The position numbers were made by a program, and so were the translations under genes. From Candidatus Latescibacterota bacterium (GTDB lineage: Bacteria; Latescibacterota; UBA2968; UBA8231), in the NCBI GenBank assembly GCA_965200315.1, contig OZ241362.1, positions 1,184,001-1,248,000 on the forward strand: DNA of 64,000 bases, in the 5' to 3' direction. Below the pieces are notes generated by a model. That model saw only the letters and a list, made by a program, of their open reading frames with translations, did not search any database and was not told the DNA's origin. This document shows, piece after piece, positions 59,546 to 64,000 of the stretch (positions are counted from its first letter, which is position 1; the number at the start of each line of letters is the position of its first letter).

Positions 59546-60649
59546 ACCGCGCCCATCGCAAAGCTCGCGGCGCGTACTACACGCCGCCTGATGTCGCCGC
59601 TGCCCTAGTGAGTTGGGTCGTCCGCGATAGATGCGAACACCTATTAGATCCTTCGTGTGGCGATGGCCGGTTTCTTTCCCTGCATCCCCACAGTACTGGA
59701 GTCGATTGCGATGAGGCGGCGATTGCCGCGGCGGCGCAAGCGGCACCGGAGGCGCGAGTCCACTGCGCGGACTTCTTTGACTGGGCTGCGACTACACCTC
59801 CGCGCTTTGACTGCGCGCTTTGCCAGCGTGGAGTGCTTCGACTTTCGGCCAACGCCTCCTAAGAGCATCGTACAGGTCTCGGTGTCCGAGTGGCAAAGTT
59901 GGCGTTGTCGGCTGCGTCCCATGTTGTTGCCCGAGCGGATTCGCTCTGTGTACCAAGCACTCTTGCACTCGCACGACAGCTTGATACTCGGCGAGTGCGC
60001 CACCGTGGGCATTGGCTACGTCTCGGGGGCCAATGACTTTTTCCACTTGCGACCATCTCAGGCGAAGCACATCGGGGTGCCAGATACGCACCTCCGTCCC
60101 ACTGTCCGCCGGGGACGCGACCTCCAAGGATCGGCGATCACTGCCGAGACGGTCGCTCGCTGGCGCCAGTGCGACGCGCCGCACTTTCTTCTTGCGCTCG
60201 ATGCCCGCGCTCCAGTACCCGAACCCGTCCGCCAACACCTCGACTCGGACGCCGGACGAGCCGTGCGCCAGCGTTACAAGTGCCGCGTTCGCAAGCCATG
60301 GTACGTCGTGCCGAATGTGGTCGTACCAGACCTTTTCTTAACGTATATGAGCAGCGCAATGCCCGTACTGGTGGCCAATCGCGCCGAATGCACCTGCACC
60401 AACACCGTTCACGCCGTCCGACTTTTCGACGGTATTTCCCCCGTCCGGCTCCAGTCCCTCTGGAATACGACACTCACCGAGCTGAGCTGCGAAATTGAGG
60501 GACATCCCCTCGGTGGCGGCGTACTCAAGTTAGAGCCTCGCAAGGCTCTGCGCGTCGTCGTAAGCCGAACGGAACACCTGCCGTCGGCCACCGAAACCAT
60601 CTTGCGTGAAGGCACCGACATTCTTCGCTCATGGCGCCATCATGGCTAG
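59542..60649 (+). pseudogene. Disrupted N6-adenine DNA methyltransferase (internal deletion and frameshift)
   Basis: GAYYTP and LDPSCGDGRFL in one frame ending at 59862; NPP(Y/F) motif absent; C-terminal GIGYVSGANDFF...KPWY...GGGVLKLEP in another frame. Confidence 0.75.
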
Positions 60650-61523
60650 AGACGAAAAGCGCTGTCAGTGGTTGACGCTCGCACAGGCTCTCAAAGCCTT
60701 TGCGAAACCTAGTGGAAAAACGCAAAGCCAAGCCCACATCAGGCCCCTACACTGGTACGTGGCGTACCGATTGGTTATCGAAGGAGGGTTCCTTCCAGAG
60801 GAAGTCACCCCACGCCCGCCCTTTGAAATTCAGAAACTAGGCAGCCGTGATACGAGGATTCTCCTTACACACAAACCGGGCACGGGCGGGACCGGCGAGT
60901 TGACTATCCTCGGTGGACTGAAGACCAAGGATGTAGATGTCGCCGTGACTAAATCGCAGATCGGTCCTTGTGTCGCCGTCTCGGTCAAGGGCCCCCTCAA
61001 TGCCTTCCGCAATTTGACCAATCGCCTGGAGGAGGCTATCGGCGACTACACGAACCTCCACATTTCGTATCCCAACCTCGTCTATGGCTTTCCGCACGTG
61101 CTACGAGCCAATCGGGAAGGCCCAGATGCGTCCATTCTTCAAGCTGATCGGGAGGGCAAGGTCGCTGCCAATGACATCTCCCTAGGCCCCGACGGCAAGC
61201 CAACGGAGACCATTATCCGCTACCACGATGTGCTGCTGGGCCTAGCTGGTCGCGACGGGATCCGCGACGACATCACGCGCTATGAGTCGCTTGCATTGGC
61301 ACTAATCAGTCCCGATACGCTTTCGATTTTGGACACATGGCCAGAAAGCGACAGCCCGCTGCGAATTGAGCAGTTTTTTGAACGAATCTACCGCAGCTAT
61401 GACCCGCGCTATGTGTTTGCCGCACCCAAACTTGCACGGCGGATGGCCCGAGCGGTTTGGCATCCTGACTCGCCCGCCCTAGCCGAGCCGATTGCCGGGG
61501 AGCTCGCGGTACGCGTCGGCTAA
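60642..61523 (+). CDS. Putative type II restriction endonuclease (PD-(D/E)xK, PaeR7I/XhoI-like)
   Basis: KDVDV...AVSVKG, NLTNRLEEAIGD resembling the NR.EEA.G motif; overlaps the MTase end. Confidence 0.55.
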   Translation: MARDEKRCQWLTLAQALKAFAKPSGKTQSQAHIRPLHWYVAYRLVIEGGFLPEEVTPRPPFEIQKLGSRDTRILLTHKPGTGGTGELTILGGLKTKDVDVAVTKSQIGPCVAVSVKGPLNAFRNLTNRLEEAIGDYTNLHISYPNLVYGFPHVLRANREGPDASILQADREGKVAANDISLGPDGKPTETIIRYHDVLLGLAGRDGIRDDITRYESLALALISPDTLSILDTWPESDSPLRIEQFFERIYRSYDPRYVFAAPKLARRMARAVWHPDSPALAEPIAGELAVRVG

Positions 61524-61549
61524 GTATAGAAAGGAGACTCGAGTACGCG

Positions 61550-62137
61550 ATGAGAAACCTACTCACCCTCGGCCTTTTGTTCACTCTGCCGCCCCTCGCC
61601 GCAGCCGACATGGAAGGCATGGTATTGATCGACGATGCCTTCCACATCGACATGTACGAGTACCCCAACCAGCGCGGCACCCTGCCCAAAGTCAATGTCA
61701 CTTGGGGCGAAGCGGAATCGCTCTGCGCAGCGCAAGGCAAGCGGCTGTGTACCGAACAGGAATGGCAGAAAGCCTGCTCCGGGCCGCAGAACTTCGCGTA
61801 CTCCTATGGCGAGAATTTCGAGCCGGGACGCTGCAATACGCGCTTTGCCGTCGCTGGGGTCTGGCAGCGCGGGCCGGGCCTAGCACCCAGCGGCGCGTAT
61901 GCGGGCTGCACCAACGCCTACGGGGTCTATGACATGATCGGCAATGCTTGGGAGTGGACCGCATCTTGGTATTCGCGCTCCGATCGCTGGCGGGTCGTGC
62001 GCGGCGGCTCCTTCTTCCACAACGTCAACCTAGCCCGGGCCGACGCCCGCTACGGGCGGTTCCTCGACCCCGACTACCGACTCGATTTAGTGGGTTTCCG
62101 CTGCTGTCTCTCGGCGGCTCCACCCCAAACGCCGTAA
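61550..62137 (+). CDS. FGE-sulfatase (SUMF1) domain protein
   Basis: GKRLCTEQEWQKAC, YGVYDMIGNAWEWT, RGGS, GFRCC. Confidence 0.85.
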   Translation: MRNLLTLGLLFTLPPLAAADMEGMVLIDDAFHIDMYEYPNQRGTLPKVNVTWGEAESLCAAQGKRLCTEQEWQKACSGPQNFAYSYGENFEPGRCNTRFAVAGVWQRGPGLAPSGAYAGCTNAYGVYDMIGNAWEWTASWYSRSDRWRVVRGGSFFHNVNLARADARYGRFLDPDYRLDLVGFRCCLSAAPPQTP

Positions 62138-62143
62138 CGCGCC

Positions 62144-62704
62144 ATGGCCATTCGCAAAGTGTCGCGGATGGGACATCCGGTGCTGCGCCAACGCGCCGCC
62201 GAGATCGCCCCTGCCCAGATGCAAAGCCCCCCGATGCAGTGCTTAATCGACGACATGATCGAGACCATGATCGACTACGAGGGCATTGGCTTGGCTGCGC
62301 CGCAAGTGTTTGAACCCCTGAGGCTGATCGTCCTGGGCGACCCTGCGGCTGAGCTCAGGTCGAAGCCCGCAGCCGCCCCCCAAGACGAGGCCACCATCCC
62401 GCTGACCGTGCTCTTCAATCCGCAGTTTACCGCCCAGTCGCCGGAGTGCCTAGATGCTTGGGAAGGCTGCTTGAGCATCCCCCAATTGCGCGGCGTCGTC
62501 CCGCGATCGGCCGCCGTTGAGGTCCGGGGCTACGACCGCACGGGGCGGGCGGTGGAGCTGGAAGCAGAAGGGCTTTTCGCTCGCGTCCTCCAGCACGAAA
62601 TCGACCATCTCGACGGCGTGCTCTTCCCAGACCGCATGGCCGATCTACAGACCCTTACTTTCCTAGAAGAATACCAGCGCTATTGGCTCGAGGCCGAAGC
62701 GTGA
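62144..62704 (+). CDS. def: Peptide deformylase
   Basis: GIGLAAPQV, EGCLS, QHEIDHLDG. Confidence 0.95.
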   Translation: MAIRKVSRMGHPVLRQRAAEIAPAQMQSPPMQCLIDDMIETMIDYEGIGLAAPQVFEPLRLIVLGDPAAELRSKPAAAPQDEATIPLTVLFNPQFTAQSPECLDAWEGCLSIPQLRGVVPRSAAVEVRGYDRTGRAVELEAEGLFARVLQHEIDHLDGVLFPDRMADLQTLTFLEEYQRYWLEAEA

Positions 62705-62719
62705 GGCCGCCAGACCGAC

Positions 62720-62747
62720 TTGACAACCGCCTCAGACCTCGTACTAT
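62720..62747 (+). promoter_or_regulatory. Sigma70-type promoter
   Basis: TTGACA-16 bp-TACTAT, 35 bp upstream of ATG at 62783. Confidence 0.6.
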
Positions 62748-62782
62748 GTTTTCGTTCAATCCCAATCCACTCAGATAGACTC

Positions 62783-64000
62783 ATGGATCCCCGCTTCTCA
62801 CTTGAACAAGGCACGGGCATTTACACTGGCAACGAGCTAATCGTTAAAGGTGCCTTAGAAAGCCAAGTCGGCGTCATTACCGGGTACCCCGGCTCGCCCT
62901 TGGCCGAGCTTTTCGAGACCCTTGAAAACAACAAGGAGCTCTTTAACGAACACGGCATCGTCGCGCAGATCGCCAACAACGAAGCACTCGCCGCCGCTCG
63001 TCTCAATGGCTCGCAGATGGAAGGCATTCGCGCCTTGGCCGTGATGAAGAGCGTCGGCCTGCACGTAGCGGCTGACGGGTTGGCGCTCGGCAACATGGTC
63101 GGAGCCTCACCCAACGGGGGGGTCCTAATCGCCGTGGGCGACGACACTTGGTCGGAAGGGACCCAAGTACCGGCTGACTCGCGCTTTTTGTCTCAACATC
63201 TCTACATCCCAGTCCTCGAACCCGCGACCTTTCAGGAGATCAAGGACTGGGTTGGGCAGGGCTTTGAACTGTCGCGGCACTCGCGTCTTTATCTGACCTA
63301 TCTGGTCACCTCCAACCAAGCCGACGGCGGCGGCAGCGTCGCGGTCTATCCCAACCGCTTTGCCACCCTCAATCGCAAGCAGCGCATCGCGCTAGATACC
63401 AGCACTATTTGCTCTGACGAGCGCGTCATCATCCCGCCGGCCACCGCGCACAAAGAGCGCGAAGTCATCTACCAGCGCTATCCCCTCCTGTGGCAGCTAG
63501 CGCGGGAGGCGGGCATCAACCAAATCCTCTATCCGCCGAGCGCCGGCCCCAAGCCGCTGGGCTTTATCACCTCTGGCTTGGCGTATAGCTATCTCGAACA
63601 CGCCTTGCACATCCTCGGGCTGACCGGGCACTTTCCCGTCCTCAAGCTGGGCATTACTTACCCGGTTGATCCCCACATGATCGCGCGCTTTGCCGATTGC
63701 GCACATACCTTCTGCGTGGTCGAGGAAAAGCGACCCTTTATTGAGCCGCAGATCGCCGCTGAGTTGGCGCGGCAAAAAGACCTCGGCCCCGCGCTGTGGG
63801 GCAAGCGCTTCCCGGGCAATACCCCGGGCTTTCCCGATATCCAGGGCCTGCACCCCTCGCTCATCGTCCAAGCCCTATCTCGCCTCTTCGTTGCGCTGGA
63901 CGCCGAGCTACCCATCGACCGCGAGAAACTACAGGCCGAACTCAACACCTTAGCACCTGTGAACTCCACCACGGCCGTGCCACCGCGCTCGCCTTCCTTC
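62783..64000 (+). CDS. Indolepyruvate ferredoxin oxidoreductase-like protein (partial, runs off window end)
   Basis: Manual translation: MDPRFSLEQGTGIYTGNELIVKGALE..GYPGSP...NNEALA...MKSVGLHVAAD...VVEEKRPFIE. Confidence 0.8.
   Translation, partial: MDPRFSLEQGTGIYTGNELIVKGALESQVGVITGYPGSPLAELFETLENNKELFNEHGIVAQIANNEALAAARLNGSQMEGIRALAVMKSVGLHVAADGLALGNMVGASPNGGVLIAVGDDTWSEGTQVPADSRFLSQHLYIPVLEPATFQEIKDWVGQGFELSRHSRLYLTYLVTSNQADGGGSVAVYPNRFATLNRKQRIALDTSTICSDERVIIPPATAHKEREVIYQRYPLLWQLAREAGINQILYPPSAGPKPLGFITSGLAYSYLEHALHILGLTGHFPVLKLGITYPVDPHMIARFADCAHTFCVVEEKRPFIEPQIAAELARQKDLGPALWGKRFPGNTPGFPDIQGLHPSLIVQALSRLFVALDAELPIDREKLQAELNTLAPVNSTTAVPPRSPSF

Noticed and set aside
1-64000. CRISPR arrays, tRNA or rRNA genes
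   Set aside because: No regularly spaced repeats, cloverleaf or rRNA signatures noticed by eye; a tool-based scan is still advisable

Overview
GC-rich bacterial chromosome segment. The gene content (Lpt/rpoN cluster, futalosine pathway, TolC, SMC) indicates a diderm; a Latescibacterota/Gemmatimonadota-like lineage is my inference only. Most of the window is housekeeping: rpoN-lptB-lptC/A-pyrG-gatC, smc, dispersed rmlB/rmlC, tal-gmhA, the mqnA/C/E/P-menG menaquinone genes, a sigma54-driven amtB-glnK-OMP-glnA operon, def and the start of an IOR-type oxidoreductase. The main finding is a ~9.7 kb, more AT-rich defence island (~33865-43601) bounded by imperfect direct repeats. It encodes a PLD-nuclease/SF2-helicase fused in frame to a MazF/PemK RNase domain, a translationally coupled Type IIG/Eco57I-like m6A methyltransferase-TRD protein, an inverted second copy of that TRD, a Cre-like tyrosine recombinase and a Fic protein. 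The two TRDs share three nested, frame-preserving inverted repeats (12 bp, ~127 bp, 37 bp). This predicts an invertible specificity 'shufflon' giving up to 8 TRD alleles, possibly backed by an abortive-infection RNase. Secondary findings: a candidate sigma54-to-sigma70 cascade with repeated palindromic sites, a NifA-like activator with its own repeated boxes driving ammonium assimilation genes, a candidate structured ncRNA, and a second R-M pair with a broken methylase but an open endonuclease ORF. All calls come from reading the sequence and motifs; no database search was run.
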